Assembly: GCA_963719505.1 (NCBI GenBank)
Contig: CAVRCF010000001.1
Coordinates: 96,001-160,000, forward strand
Source of the DNA: Halobacteriovoraceae bacterium
Lineage (GTDB): Bacteria; Bdellovibrionota; Bacteriovoracia; Bacteriovoracales; Bacteriovoracaceae
Direction of reading: 5' to 3'
DNA: 64,000 nucleotides
Below are positions 38,831-49,370 of the stretch, one piece after another. The position numbers and the translations under genes are program-made. Position 1 is the stretch's first letter. Every line of letters starts with the position of its first letter. The notes beneath the pieces were generated by a model. It was given only the letters and a program-made list of their open reading frames with translations, had not been told where the DNA came from and made no database searches.

Positions 38831-40492
38831 CTAGTAAGATAAAATTTTTAGTATATTTTGTCGAAAGCTTTTAAGTTGCTGCTTAGAAGCTTGCAAGTCG
38901 CCGTAATAACAATCACAAAAAAGTATACTAATCGATTTTATCGAGTCGTGTTTACCTCCTTTATGAAAGAAAAATTCAGACAGCTTCATGGGTGGTGGAG
39001 CTTCTCCATCTTTAAAGTGTCCATCTTTTACTTCATCTCTCCAAAGATTATAGGATTTAATAATCTCTTCATTGGGGGTTAATTTGAGCCCCCTGAGTTG
39101 TTTAAACTTAGTTTGAATGGCATCTTCTTGATTTTGAGTTAGGATGCGGTTTTTCTTTTTCTTTCTCAAAGAAACTAAAAAATTAACAAGAAAAAAGATC
39201 GAGACGCAGGCGAGCGCTCCCAGCAGTTTGTCTTCTTTTAAAATATCTCTCTTCTTACTACTTTTTGGTTCGATAGGCTTTGCAAGCTCTTTTTCAACTC
39301 GTTCTAATTCTAAGGCGGATTCCTCCATCCCTTTGAGAGATTCAACTAACTCATCAGCGCCACCATTAAAGCTCTCAAAGAAAGTTCCCCCTTGAGTTTT
39401 TGATTCTAGTTCACTAATTTGAGGCGTTTCAAGGTCTTGAAGCTTTTTACTATCAAGAAAACTTCTTCCCTTTATTTCTTTCATTCTCGCTAAAAGTTTT
39501 TTAATACTTCCAGATTTCAGGGTTCCTTTTAAGGCCTGATCATCGAGCTCTTCTTTCATTCCATACAGTTCAATTTTTGTTTTATTTAAGCTGTCTTCTA
39601 TATCGATGCCAATATCGGGAAAGTTTTGAAGAAGCTTTTCCATGGAATCAATCTGAGAGATCATTTTATCAATTTCAGACTCTATGTTTTCTGATTGTGA
39701 CTTAAGCTTAGATTCAATTGTTGAAAATTTCATCTTCAAATTAGTTCTTTTAATTTTTATAATTTTCGTTTGACCTCTTTTTTCGACCTCTTTTTCCTGT
39801 TGACTCTTTGGTACAATGAACACGGCAAGACCACAGATAAGGAAAAATTTTGCAAAAAGCTTGAAATCAAACCTCTGCCAAAAACTCGACATGGACTCTT
39901 TGGAAAAAAGGACAAGAGTAAAGTAGATCAAAACGAGTTCAGTCAAAAGAAGGTTCCTATTCATCAATCCTGTCCAGATGAGAAGAACGGAGAGGATTAA
40001 AATCTTTAAAAGTAGAATAAAGTACAGATGCCTCCAAAAGGTTGAGAGCACCATAAGTGAGCAAAAAATTGGAATGTAGATATATCTTATATCTAACACG
40101 GTTAAGCACAAGATTAGGCCGACACCAAAGACAAAGAGCGCCCCAATATAGCGCTTAATTCTCTTACTAAATTCTAACTTTTTATAAATATCCTCCATCT
40201 TCTCTTTTTGGGCATCACTTTTAAAGAAGTCCCCCCAAAGAAAATACCTTGAGCTTGAGTCTTTAATATTTTTATTAAAGTAGAGTGTCTTTGAGTTTAT
40301 TCTCGTTAAAATAAGCAAAGCAACTGCCGCCAAGCTTATATCGATAATAAAAGCCTCTGGATTCAAATCTATAAAAAGTGTCGGGAGACCAAAAAGGATA
40401 CAAAAAAAGAGGAAAAATTGGGACTCAAAAAAGTTTTTCACGAAACACTTCTTAGTTGATTTTTTATTTGGTGAGGCTCTTTGACACAACAA
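38831..40492 (-). CDS. Multi-TM and coiled-coil membrane protein with DUF4129-like tail
   Basis: About 7 TM segments, a long heptad-rich region, one TM, and C-terminal FCDCYYG. Third gene of the MoxR operon; start uncertain. Confidence 0.6.
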   Translation of the reverse strand: MLCQRASPNKKSTKKCFVKNFFESQFFLFFCILFGLPTLFIDLNPEAFIIDISLAAVALLILTRINSKTLYFNKNIKDSSSRYFLWGDFFKSDAQKEKMEDIYKKLEFSKRIKRYIGALFVFGVGLILCLTVLDIRYIYIPIFCSLMVLSTFWRHLYFILLLKILILSVLLIWTGLMNRNLLLTELVLIYFTLVLFSKESMSSFWQRFDFKLFAKFFLICGLAVFIVPKSQQEKEVEKRGQTKIIKIKRTNLKMKFSTIESKLKSQSENIESEIDKMISQIDSMEKLLQNFPDIGIDIEDSLNKTKIELYGMKEELDDQALKGTLKSGSIKKLLARMKEIKGRSFLDSKKLQDLETPQISELESKTQGGTFFESFNGGADELVESLKGMEESALELERVEKELAKPIEPKSSKKRDILKEDKLLGALACVSIFFLVNFLVSLRKKKKNRILTQNQEDAIQTKFKQLRGLKLTPNEEIIKSYNLWRDEVKDGHFKDGEAPPPMKLSEFFFHKGGKHDSIKSISILFCDCYYGDLQASKQQLKSFRQNILKILSY

Positions 40493-41745
40493 ACAACAAG
40501 ATTAATGCCTCTTGATATCAATTCTTTTTTCTCTTTTTCAAGAAAATCGATTGAGTTTTTCTGCTCGGCCATAACTCTAGCGATAAACTCAGGAGCTATC
40601 GTTTTTTTCACAGCTTCAAAGGCATCAACATAATAGATGTCGACCTTTGCAAACCGATGCCTCACTCTTTTAATTTCGTTGACCATATCAACCGATTCCT
40701 TATTCACACCTAAAGGTAGAATAAGGGATAAGCAAACACCCTCCTCCATTAGAGAGAGTGATTCGGCAATAGGTCTTGAGTTGACACTTTTTTCTTTTTG
40801 GCAAAAATGAAGGTAGTGCCTCATATCTTCAAGAATAATACTTGCTTGGGTATTTTCAGAAATATAATCATTACTCATCATTTGAAGTTGGTGATTACTA
40901 TGAGAATGAATCTGGGCCAAACTTAATCCAAGATCCCGGCAGTACTCCCATGTCGAATTAACTCCCATTCCAAGATGGTTCTTTGGATTGAGATCAATAT
41001 AGATGACCGCCTCCAAACTTTGGATATTTTCATATTCATTTACGAGTATCTTCGATGACTTTGCTGATGCTTTCCAGTTGATAAACTTAAAAGGATCACC
41101 GTAGCGGTACTCACGAAGACCATAAAAGATGGGTGATATTCCCCTTTTTATGTACTCGTATTCTCCAATATTTCTCGCATCCGATAGTGAAACACTCTCA
41201 GCGAGAGTAATAAGCTGAACTCGAGGGTATATTTGAATTTTTTCTCTTTGTAGAAAATCTATTTTAAACACAAAAAAACCAAAAGGATCACTCACAATGG
41301 CTTTTAGATGCCGAAATTCGAATTCACCAAAGCCTTGGTCTAAAAAGAAACTTTTTTCAATAAAGTCTGATTGCTCTTTTTCGATTTCGAAAACTTGTTC
41401 TGAGTCTGCGATACCTTCAAAGTCTTCAAAAAGAACAAAGCGGTATTTGGGAATTTGATTGAAGCGATATCTCACCCTCAGCCGCTCCCCTTCAGTGTAG
41501 CGATTTTTTTTGAATGATCTTCTCACTTCAAGTTTTTGACAAAAGCTCCAAAGAAGGAAGTACTCTAGTGCTAGAAATGAAAAAAGAGAAATGGGAATAA
41601 TTAAAAGGCTGATTTCTATAAAAGACATGACGATAAACGCCGCCCCTAGATAGGGCCATTCCATTAAGAAGATTAAAATTTTTAACTTCCAAGTGAACAA
41701 GGGCATCCGTTTTTGAAAACTCTTCGGAGTTTGAGTAGTAGTCAC
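40438..41745 (-). CDS. DUF58 domain protein
   Basis: DPFGFF, IYP, FYGLREYRYGDPFKFINWKASAK. Confidence 0.9.
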   Translation of the reverse strand: MTTTQTPKSFQKRMPLFTWKLKILIFLMEWPYLGAAFIVMSFIEISLLIIPISLFSFLALEYFLLWSFCQKLEVRRSFKKNRYTEGERLRVRYRFNQIPKYRFVLFEDFEGIADSEQVFEIEKEQSDFIEKSFFLDQGFGEFEFRHLKAIVSDPFGFFVFKIDFLQREKIQIYPRVQLITLAESVSLSDARNIGEYEYIKRGISPIFYGLREYRYGDPFKFINWKASAKSSKILVNEYENIQSLEAVIYIDLNPKNHLGMGVNSTWEYCRDLGLSLAQIHSHSNHQLQMMSNDYISENTQASIILEDMRHYLHFCQKEKSVNSRPIAESLSLMEEGVCLSLILPLGVNKESVDMVNEIKRVRHRFAKVDIYYVDAFEAVKKTIAPEFIARVMAEQKNSIDFLEKEKKELISRGINLVVCCVKEPHQIKNQLRSVS

Positions 41746-41772
41746 TCAACTTTGGATTTTGAATGGACTTTT

Positions 41773-42714
41773 TCATCCGATTGTTGGTGTTTTCACTTTA
41801 GAGAGAATACTCGATAGAATGTCATTTTTGTTTTTTCCAGAATACCTAGCTTCTGTGCTAAGACTGAGTCGGTGGTTAAGAACGAAAGGAGCAAGGTAGT
41901 AAACTGTTGAAGGTTTAACATAGCTTTCCCCTTTGATGAGGCTCAAAGAACGTGCGAGTTTTACCAAGGTCATGCTGGCCCTTGGACTAGCTCCAATTTT
42001 AATATCGGGATGATTTCTTGTGGCATCGACAATATCAACGGCGTATTCAAAAATTGATTCATCAACTTTTACCTGCTCAATGGCCGTTTTAATATAAATC
42101 AAGTCCTCCTCTTTTAAGACTGTTTTAATCTTCTCCATCGGATCTTGATTCATTCGTTTTTTTATAATTTCTAATTCATTTTTTTTATCTGGGTAACCAA
42201 GACTTATTTGAATGGCAAATCTATCGAGTTGGGCTTCTGGTAGAGGGAATGTTCCTTTTTGTTCTAGAGGATTTTGAGTGGCGATAGTGAAAAAAAGATC
42301 GTGGAGTTTAAAGTTTTTATTATCCATCGTCACCTGCTTTTCGGCCATGGCCTCAAGGAGTGCAGATTGTGTTCTAGGTGTGGCTCGATTTATTTCATCA
42401 GCTAAAAATACTGTTGTGAGCACCGGCCCCTTTAGAAGCTTAAATTTTTTAGAATCCGCATCGTAGATCATAGTTCCTGTCAGATCGCTTGGTAGCAGAT
42501 CAGGAGTAAACTGGGCCCTAGCGAAGTCGACACTTGTCGCTTTTGCTATTGATTTTGCCAAGATGGTTTTTCCCGTACCTGGAACGTCTTCCAATAGAAC
42601 ATGACCACCCGACATCCACGAGGCGATTATAAGTCTAATTTGCTCATCTTTGTCTTGAATGATACTCCCTACTTCGCAGCAGAGTCTTTCACTTAATTCA
42701 TAGGCTTTTTTCAT
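41773..42714 (-). CDS. MoxR proper AAA+ ATPase
   Basis: GHVLLEDVPGTGKT, QFTPDLLPSD, LADEINRA, ATQNPLEQKGTFPLPEAQLDRF, GASPRA. Start is ATG 42714 or 42723. Confidence 0.95.
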   Translation of the reverse strand: MKKAYELSERLCCEVGSIIQDKDEQIRLIIASWMSGGHVLLEDVPGTGKTILAKSIAKATSVDFARAQFTPDLLPSDLTGTMIYDADSKKFKLLKGPVLTTVFLADEINRATPRTQSALLEAMAEKQVTMDNKNFKLHDLFFTIATQNPLEQKGTFPLPEAQLDRFAIQISLGYPDKKNELEIIKKRMNQDPMEKIKTVLKEEDLIYIKTAIEQVKVDESIFEYAVDIVDATRNHPDIKIGASPRASMTLVKLARSLSLIKGESYVKPSTVYYLAPFVLNHRLSLSTEARYSGKNKNDILSSILSKVKTPTIG

Positions 42715-42799
42715 AATCCTCATATCGGCAACTTATTGATTTTGATTGAGGATAAAAGAAGATAAAACCCACTCTAAGCTGGGCTAAGGGGTTAAAATA

Positions 42800-43552
42800 A
42801 TGAATATTTATAAACTTATTGTGGCTTATAACGGCTCTTTTTTTAAAGGCTGGCAGACACAAGGTAAAAACCCCAATACCGCTCAAGAGTTTCTTACAGA
42901 GAAGATAAAAACGTCCCTTCGAACGGAGAAAATTCACCTCTACGGAGCGAGTCGAACAGACTCGTCTGTCCATGCCTCCTTCCAGGTCGCAAGACTTGAA
43001 ACTGAAAAAGAAATTGAGCCCGATAATTTTATTCGTGGATTTAATCAGGCATGGGGAGAAAAAATAAAGATTTTAAGTTTAGAGCTCACTTCCTCCGATT
43101 TTAATCCTCTTCACAATATTGACTACAAAGAATATCACTACTCATTTGCTCTCACCGAACCCCACCCACTTGTTTCAAGTCACGTTTTTTATCAACGGGA
43201 AAATCTTGATATTGATTTAATTGAAAAAGCCATTAGCCTTATTCCGGGTGAGCACGACTTTAGTTTTTTAAGCGTTAAGGGCTCGGGAAGCGAAAATCGG
43301 ATAAGAGTTGTTAAAAGCTGTGAACTTGTCAAAAAAATCGATTCGACTGGTGAAGAAATTTTTGTCGTTAAAATACAAGCCCGTGGTTTTTTAAAGTATA
43401 TGGTAAGAATGATTGTTGATGCACTTTTTAGAGTTGGAACGGGTGAGCTTTCCCTCTCTCAGCTGAAAGCTCAATTAAGTGGTGTTAAAGCCTTTGAACC
43501 AAAGAAGGCAAAGGCTTTAGGTTTAAATCTCTTCTTTATTCGGTATGAATAG
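42800..43552 (+). CDS. truA: tRNA pseudouridine(38-40) synthase
   Basis: YNGSFFKGWQ, ASRTDSSVHA, GEHDFS, FLKYMVR, GL.L. Confidence 0.9.
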   Translation: MNIYKLIVAYNGSFFKGWQTQGKNPNTAQEFLTEKIKTSLRTEKIHLYGASRTDSSVHASFQVARLETEKEIEPDNFIRGFNQAWGEKIKILSLELTSSDFNPLHNIDYKEYHYSFALTEPHPLVSSHVFYQRENLDIDLIEKAISLIPGEHDFSFLSVKGSGSENRIRVVKSCELVKKIDSTGEEIFVVKIQARGFLKYMVRMIVDALFRVGTGELSLSQLKAQLSGVKAFEPKKAKALGLNLFFIRYE

Positions 43553-44260
43553 CTTAGAGCCCAAGTTTCCTAAAATAAAGAAAACAAGAAGAATCCCAAG
43601 TGCTCCAATAAAGAGCCACAAAGCCCATCCTACAGCACCAAAAAGAAGTGCAACAAGGGCAGAGATAATTGCTAAAACAGGAACTCCAACAAAGATGATC
43701 AGATAGATCAAACCAGAATTCCCACCATCAACTAATGTTTCACATGTTTCAATTGAGTTTTTCATCGTCAATAGATAACTCTCCATAGATCCAGCACTGG
43801 TAAGAATACTTTCGAGTTCATTTAAGCCATGAGTAACATGTATTGGATTGAGAGAATCTTTTAGACCTTTAACAAAATCTTTAAACGTTAATTCTGGAAA
43901 GCTTTTCTTCGCTTTCCTATAGGCTTTATTAACTCTTCTATTTCGTTTTAATATTTTTTTAGTCATCTTTGCTTGACGATATTTTACTTGTTTAAATTTT
44001 CTGCTCTCCGTCTTGATAGATTCGGATAACGATTCATTTGATGATCGAGCTTTTTCAATTCTTGTATCAATTTTTTTAAGAAGCTCTTTTGTATCTTGTG
44101 ACTCGCAAGAGTTGGATTTATTTTTTTGATACTCTGTGGTGTTATTGAGTTGAGTAAAAACTTGATAGATGTCACTTTGAACATTGGCATAGGTATGTTG
44201 GGCCAAAACAAGAGTAGTAGAAATCATATAAGTAAGAATGAATGCGGTTATTTTTTTCAT
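43523..44260 (-). CDS. Hypothetical exported protein with C-terminal TM helices
   Basis: AGGAG RBS, signal peptide, basic helical core, two TM segments. Confidence 0.7.
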   Translation of the reverse strand: MKKITAFILTYMISTTLVLAQHTYANVQSDIYQVFTQLNNTTEYQKNKSNSCESQDTKELLKKIDTRIEKARSSNESLSESIKTESRKFKQVKYRQAKMTKKILKRNRRVNKAYRKAKKSFPELTFKDFVKGLKDSLNPIHVTHGLNELESILTSAGSMESYLLTMKNSIETCETLVDGGNSGLIYLIIFVGVPVLAIISALVALLFGAVGWALWLFIGALGILLVFFILGNLGSKLFIPNKEEI

Positions 44261-44313
44261 TTGAATCTCCTAGGCGTTATTTTTATCAATAAACGACCTA
44301 AAAAGACAAGTAA

Positions 44314-44333
44314 AGCCTCCCAGGCGGGAGGCT
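44314..44333 (-). terminator. Rho-independent terminator of the symporter gene
   Basis: AGCCTCCC-aggc-GGGAGGCT, with a T-rich tail on the minus strand. Confidence 0.7.
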
Positions 44334-44347
44334 AAGTATCTGGAATC

Positions 44348-45778
44348 TTAATCTTTTCTTTTTAATTCACCTTCTGAATGAGCAATTACCGTTGAAACAG
44401 TCGCGTCACCAGTAACATTTACCACGGTTCGGCACATGTCTAAGATCCTATCAACAGGAAAGACGATGGCGATCCATGCGGGATTGAGTCCAACTGACTG
44501 TAGAACAATAATCATCATAACCAGCCCAGCACTTGGCACAGCTGCTGCACCAATCGAAGACAAAGTCGCCGTCATTACAATGGTAAGCTGTTGGGCCATA
44601 GAAAGATCCACCATGTGAAGCTGAGCTAAAAAGACCACAGCTACAGCTTGATAAAGACTTGTTCCGTCCATATTAACCGTTGCCCCAATTGGAAGAACAA
44701 AACTAGCAACCTTATTAGAAACTCCAACATTATCTTCTAAACACTCCATTGTTACAGGAAGAGTCGCTGCGGAAGAACTCGTTGAAAAAGCTAAGAATTG
44801 AGCCGGTGATATATCTTTAAAAAATTGAGTGTACTTAAATGTCTTAACAAAAAGACGACATACAAGTGGGTAGATAACAAAAACCATCAGAGCAAGACCT
44901 ACAAAAACTGTGAGAGAGTAAGAGCTCAAACTTTTGAAAATTTCCAAAACTTCAGCTGGAGTATCAGCCATTTTCGCAATAACTCCTGCTAATAAACAGA
45001 AGACAAAAAATGGCGCAGCCTTCATTATAATATCAACCATCTTTAAAAAGACATCATTAGTGGCATCAATGATTTTTATGAGATCTCCCACTTTCTCTTT
45101 GGGAAGAAGAGCGAGAGTTAGTCCAAAAAAGATCGCAAAAAAGATAACCTGTAACATGAGTTTATTATTAGAAACTGATGACATGACATTTTCAGGAACC
45201 ATATCTACGACAAACTGCAGTGGTCCTGCACTTTTAGTTTGATTGGCCGTCTTTAGTTTTTCAGCAACGCTTTTTGGTTTTACGCTTACTTGTTTTTTTA
45301 ATTTATCAATCTCTTCATTTGAAAGAGCCGATTCGAGTTGTCCTCGATACTGAGGATCTTTTAAGAAGCTTCTTCCATCTTTAGGCATCCCACCGGTGGT
45401 GTCTTCAACCCAAAGTTCATACTTAACCCTATTTTTAATTCTTTGTTCTTCTTCGATAAAATTTCCAGGCTTTATAACATTGACCAGAAGAAGACCCACG
45501 CCAATAGCGAAAATCGTCGTTGCGAGATAGAAAAGTAAAGTCTTTCCACCCATTCGCCCAAGAGTTGATACGTCTTTTAAACTCGCCACTCCACTAATGA
45601 TAGAGAAAAGCACCAAAGGCACAGCGATAAATTTTAAAACCCTAATGAAGATCTTTCCAAAAGGATCAATCCAATCGATTGTAAATTGATTCCAACCCAG
45701 AGAGCTGGAAATAAAAGAGTAGACGACCCCTAAAACTAGGCCAATAATAATTTTAAAATGCAGTGGCATTGCTTTCAT
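44348..45778 (-). CDS. Dicarboxylate/amino acid:cation symporter (DAACS, GltP/GltT-like)
   Basis: AFSTSSSAATLP, GATVNMDGT, DRILDMCRTVVNVTGD. Confidence 0.95.
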   Translation of the reverse strand: MKAMPLHFKIIIGLVLGVVYSFISSSLGWNQFTIDWIDPFGKIFIRVLKFIAVPLVLFSIISGVASLKDVSTLGRMGGKTLLFYLATTIFAIGVGLLLVNVIKPGNFIEEEQRIKNRVKYELWVEDTTGGMPKDGRSFLKDPQYRGQLESALSNEEIDKLKKQVSVKPKSVAEKLKTANQTKSAGPLQFVVDMVPENVMSSVSNNKLMLQVIFFAIFFGLTLALLPKEKVGDLIKIIDATNDVFLKMVDIIMKAAPFFVFCLLAGVIAKMADTPAEVLEIFKSLSSYSLTVFVGLALMVFVIYPLVCRLFVKTFKYTQFFKDISPAQFLAFSTSSSAATLPVTMECLEDNVGVSNKVASFVLPIGATVNMDGTSLYQAVAVVFLAQLHMVDLSMAQQLTIVMTATLSSIGAAAVPSAGLVMMIIVLQSVGLNPAWIAIVFPVDRILDMCRTVVNVTGDATVSTVIAHSEGELKRKD

Positions 45779-46005
45779 AAAACCTCAGTAAATAAATTTA
45801 AGAATAATACCTATTAGGTTAACACCTATTGCATTTTTGTAAATGCCCGAAAAGACTGCTCTTGGTTAGGATATTTGACTCTTTCCTCAGATCTTGGATA
45901 TCCCCTAATAGCGCTCTAGTAGTGTGTAATTCCTACAGAAGCTCTTGAGTATGACGCAAAACAACATAGAATTAACAAATCAACTCCCTAGCCATAAAGA
46001 GGATC

Positions 46006-46491
46006 ATGACCAAACTGTTTTTATTTACATTTTCATGCTTACTTATCTCATTCAATAGTTTTGCATATTGTAAAATCAACCAGTTCGGCCATAGTTTGTG
46101 TAAGGGAGAGAAAGCTCTTCTTGTCGTTGATTCAACTAATAAGGAAGACAGAAACGATAATCTTATCAAGGTCTACAAACCTATCTTTATAAAATCTCTT
46201 CACGTTCACGAGCCAATTGCCGAAATTTCAGGAAAGGGCATTAAGACTCAGAAGGTCCATATCGATAATTTACTGGGCAATAAGCTTTGTGAAGACAGTG
46301 ATTTTTGTTACGGGCAAAAAGTTATTATAAAAGACAATTGTGGCTCAGAAGACACTGACAAATCTTACAAAGTTTTAAAAGTTTATGAGGATCAAGAGCT
46401 TTCAGAGGATATCATTGAAGTTTCTCGTGGAAGTTTTGTTTTTAAAACCACTAAGATCTTTAACCAAAGTTGTATTCAAGAGAAAATCTAA
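46006..46491 (+). CDS. Secreted hypothetical protein
   Basis: GAGG RBS, signal peptide, six Cys. Confidence 0.7.
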   Translation: MTKLFLFTFSCLLISFNSFAYCKINQFGHSLCKGEKALLVVDSTNKEDRNDNLIKVYKPIFIKSLHVHEPIAEISGKGIKTQKVHIDNLLGNKLCEDSDFCYGQKVIIKDNCGSEDTDKSYKVLKVYEDQELSEDIIEVSRGSFVFKTTKIFNQSCIQEKI

Positions 46492-47666
46492 TTCAATATC
46501 TCAAAGAACTTTGAATTTGATTTAGATACTGTTTGAGCATTTTGAACCTCTCCTCCCCCTGTTATTTTTAAAAATAAGCTCGCTAGCATAACAATCCGAT
46601 GATCGGGTGAGGTCTCAATAACCTGTGTATTTTTCAAGATCTCTTCTCCATAAATCTCAATTGAGTCAGACACGACTTTAAACTTCACTCCAAACTGATC
46701 CAAGACATGACAAATACCTGCCACCCTATCGGATTCTTTATAATGAAGATTTTCAATATTTCGAATAACGGACTTCCCTTTTATATTCGCTGCTAAAAAA
46801 CACAGATTGGGTATTAGATCCAGGCACTGAGAACCATCAATATCAAAAGGCTTTAAGTTGGACTTATTCACCTCTAAGTGAGGAGAAAATTTTAAATCAC
46901 AACCACAAGACTTTAAAAGAGAGATCACCTTTGAGTCCGCTTGCAGTTGATCAACTTCCAAAATTTGAGGAAAGCTCATATCTTGAAGGACGCTCGCCAG
47001 GATAATGAATGAAGAAGCTGAACTCATATCTACGGGAACAATTTGTTTTGATTTCAAATTTTGTAAAACATATTTCGTCATCTCTATATAGGCTTTTGAG
47101 CTATTGATATTTGTTAAAGCAATATGGACAGGGTGAAAGTGTGCGATGATTAAAAAAGATGAAGCCACTTGAGTTGTCTGAGAGCAGTCGATCTTTATAG
47201 ACTCAGGAAGCTTTAGTGGTCCTTGAATCGTGCCAAGCTCATCTTCTTTATCGCTTAGTTCAACCTTGGCCCCTAGGCCCGCGAGTAAGTTTAGCTGGTC
47301 CTGAAATGGTCTGGATTTAAATCTTGGATGAACTTTTAATCGATAAGCGTTTTTTCCTAAAGCCAATAATGATAAAAGAAAGCGAATGGTGGTTCCCCCT
47401 TCTCCCAGATCAATCTCTATAGGTGAATTAGATTCTCTTTCATCGTTTGGAAAAGATTTATCAATAATAAAACTATCTTTGTCCCAATAACCAATACCCA
47501 ATACTTCCACAATATTGATGAACTCCATTGAATCTTGGCTTTTAGGAATATCCGTAATTTTTATTTCCGACGGAGACAACATTCCGGCCATCAGCATTCG
47601 AGCAGCATAGGACTTTGAGCTTGGAACAAGAACTGGATTCTCTAATTTACGCGAAGAAATGATCAT
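46488..47666 (-). CDS. aroA: 3-phosphoshikimate 1-carboxyvinyltransferase (divergent, short)
   Basis: PSSKS, GEGGTTIRF, RP, DMSSAS, KESDR, DHRIVM. Adjacent to aroB. Confidence 0.85.
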   Translation of the reverse strand: MIISSRKLENPVLVPSSKSYAARMLMAGMLSPSEIKITDIPKSQDSMEFINIVEVLGIGYWDKDSFIIDKSFPNDERESNSPIEIDLGEGGTTIRFLLSLLALGKNAYRLKVHPRFKSRPFQDQLNLLAGLGAKVELSDKEDELGTIQGPLKLPESIKIDCSQTTQVASSFLIIAHFHPVHIALTNINSSKAYIEMTKYVLQNLKSKQIVPVDMSSASSFIILASVLQDMSFPQILEVDQLQADSKVISLLKSCGCDLKFSPHLEVNKSNLKPFDIDGSQCLDLIPNLCFLAANIKGKSVIRNIENLHYKESDRVAGICHVLDQFGVKFKVVSDSIEIYGEEILKNTQVIETSPDHRIVMLASLFLKITGGGEVQNAQTVSKSNSKFFEILN

Positions 47667-48633
47667 AGCAATCTGCCTTCAGGAGCAACTCATTTAACTT
47701 TTCCATTTCCACACCCAAGGTTTCGTATTCACCTCGTTTTTTAAAAGTGATAAAACGAATTTCACCCTCTTGAGTATTCTTCTTATCAAAAGTGAGAAAA
47801 TTTAAAAACTCTTCTCTATCTAGGGATAATTTTGGGATAACCAAATCAAAACCCTTTATCGCTTCATTGAAAAAACTCTCAAGGGAGGGAGAGAATAGAG
47901 AAATATTTAATTTTATACCTATAAGGACACAGAGACCGTGGGACAAAGAAGTCATTTTTTCCACAGCATGACCAAAGGTATGTCCATAATTTAAAACTTC
48001 TCTTTGACCCTTTTCATTAAAATCCCGAGCAACGATACTCTCTTTTAAAGTCGCGCATTTAAAAATCAATTTCTCATGGGACAAAGAAAGATCGAGTTTG
48101 GCATCGATAAAAAGATACTTAACCATCTCACCAAGACCTGAGTGATAATCTTTTTTATCGAGAGTTTTTAGAAAGTCTAGAGTAGTGATATTTTTAATTG
48201 GGGCATGAAAGGATCCAATCAGGTTTTTACCTTGAACTGTATTGATTCCAACCTTTCCTCCAATAGAGGCGTCGATCATGGATAAAAGAGTTGTGGGAAC
48301 GACGGCCCAATCAACTCCTCTCAAAATCGTACTGGCCACAAACCCACCCAGATCACTTGTTGCACCACCACCGATAACAACAAGAGTGGAACTTCTTTTT
48401 ATTCCATTACCTAAGAAAAAATTTGTCACTTTTTCAAAGACCTCTAAAGATTTAGATTCTTCAGGTGACTCGACAAAAAACACCTTTTTATCAATAAGAA
48501 AACTCAGGTGCTCCTTATACAGACCATAGACTTTAGCATCTATAATGAAATACTCATTATGATTGAAATTTTCGTTTAATAGAGTAAAATTACCTAACCT
48601 ATGCATAGGAATTTCTACCGCATAATGGTCCAT
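47647..48633 (-). CDS. aroB: 3-dehydroquinate synthase
   Basis: GGGATSD, PTTLLSMIDASIGGKVGIN, GKNLIG, LNYGHTFGHAVE. Confidence 0.93.
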   Translation of the reverse strand: MDHYAVEIPMHRLGNFTLLNENFNHNEYFIIDAKVYGLYKEHLSFLIDKKVFFVESPEESKSLEVFEKVTNFFLGNGIKRSSTLVVIGGGATSDLGGFVASTILRGVDWAVVPTTLLSMIDASIGGKVGINTVQGKNLIGSFHAPIKNITTLDFLKTLDKKDYHSGLGEMVKYLFIDAKLDLSLSHEKLIFKCATLKESIVARDFNEKGQREVLNYGHTFGHAVEKMTSLSHGLCVLIGIKLNISLFSPSLESFFNEAIKGFDLVIPKLSLDREEFLNFLTFDKKNTQEGEIRFITFKKRGEYETLGVEMEKLNELLLKADCYDHFFA

Positions 48634-48650
48634 TTGAAAAAGGCTAACTC

Positions 48651-49370
48651 ATGAGTGCTGAAAACTTCAAAATTCTCAAGGAAATCAATAGCTTGACGAC
48701 GAAGGTGAATGAAATCAATGATTTAGTGTCTAAAGAAAGTAAACGCCTGCGCTTTATTGAGGGTAATAGAATAGATCGCCAAGACGAGATGACCCTTGCC
48801 CAAAAAAATCTGGATCATTATAAAAAAGACATGACCAAAATAGAAAATGAGATCAGCACCCTAAGTGCGAAAATCGATAAAGACAAAGAAAGTCTGCAAG
48901 GTCTATCTGAAGAATCTTCCATTACATCAATGGAGAAACAAATCGCGGAATTAGAGACGAAAAGAATAAAACTTGAAGATGAGATTTTTGTAATTTTAGA
49001 AAAAGCAGAAGCTGAAGAACAAAATATCAAGGAAGCACAAAGTTTTTTAGAAGGATCATTGAGAAGTCTCAATGAAATAAAAAAAGATGTTAATGCTAAA
49101 AATGAAGGCTATCAAAAAGAGCTGGATTCTCTTCTCAATAGAGTGGGGCTTTTAAAAGAGAGTCTTCCCATTCAGTTTCAAACTAAGCTTGAACAAGTCC
49201 TAAGTAAAAAAGTTCAAATCTCAAGTTTTACCCGTATCAAATCTAATACCTGTGAGTTCTGTAAACGCGATATCAGTCGAATGGAAGAGACTGAAATCGA
49301 ACAAAAGCTTGCGCTCAAGACTTGCCAAGGCTGTGGAAGAATCTTTATTCCTGCAGCTGCTTCTTTCTAG
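48651..49370 (+). CDS. Coiled-coil protein with C4 zinc ribbon (DUF164/CT398-like)
   Basis: Long coiled coil followed by CEFC...CQGCGRI. Confidence 0.85.
   Translation: MSAENFKILKEINSLTTKVNEINDLVSKESKRLRFIEGNRIDRQDEMTLAQKNLDHYKKDMTKIENEISTLSAKIDKDKESLQGLSEESSITSMEKQIAELETKRIKLEDEIFVILEKAEAEEQNIKEAQSFLEGSLRSLNEIKKDVNAKNEGYQKELDSLLNRVGLLKESLPIQFQTKLEQVLSKKVQISSFTRIKSNTCEFCKRDISRMEETEIEQKLALKTCQGCGRIFIPAAASF

Noticed and set aside
45940..45975. GACGCAAA resembling part of a c-di-GMP-I riboswitch
   Set aside because: No GGCAAAC/GAAA P2 stem or matching P3 hairpin around it.
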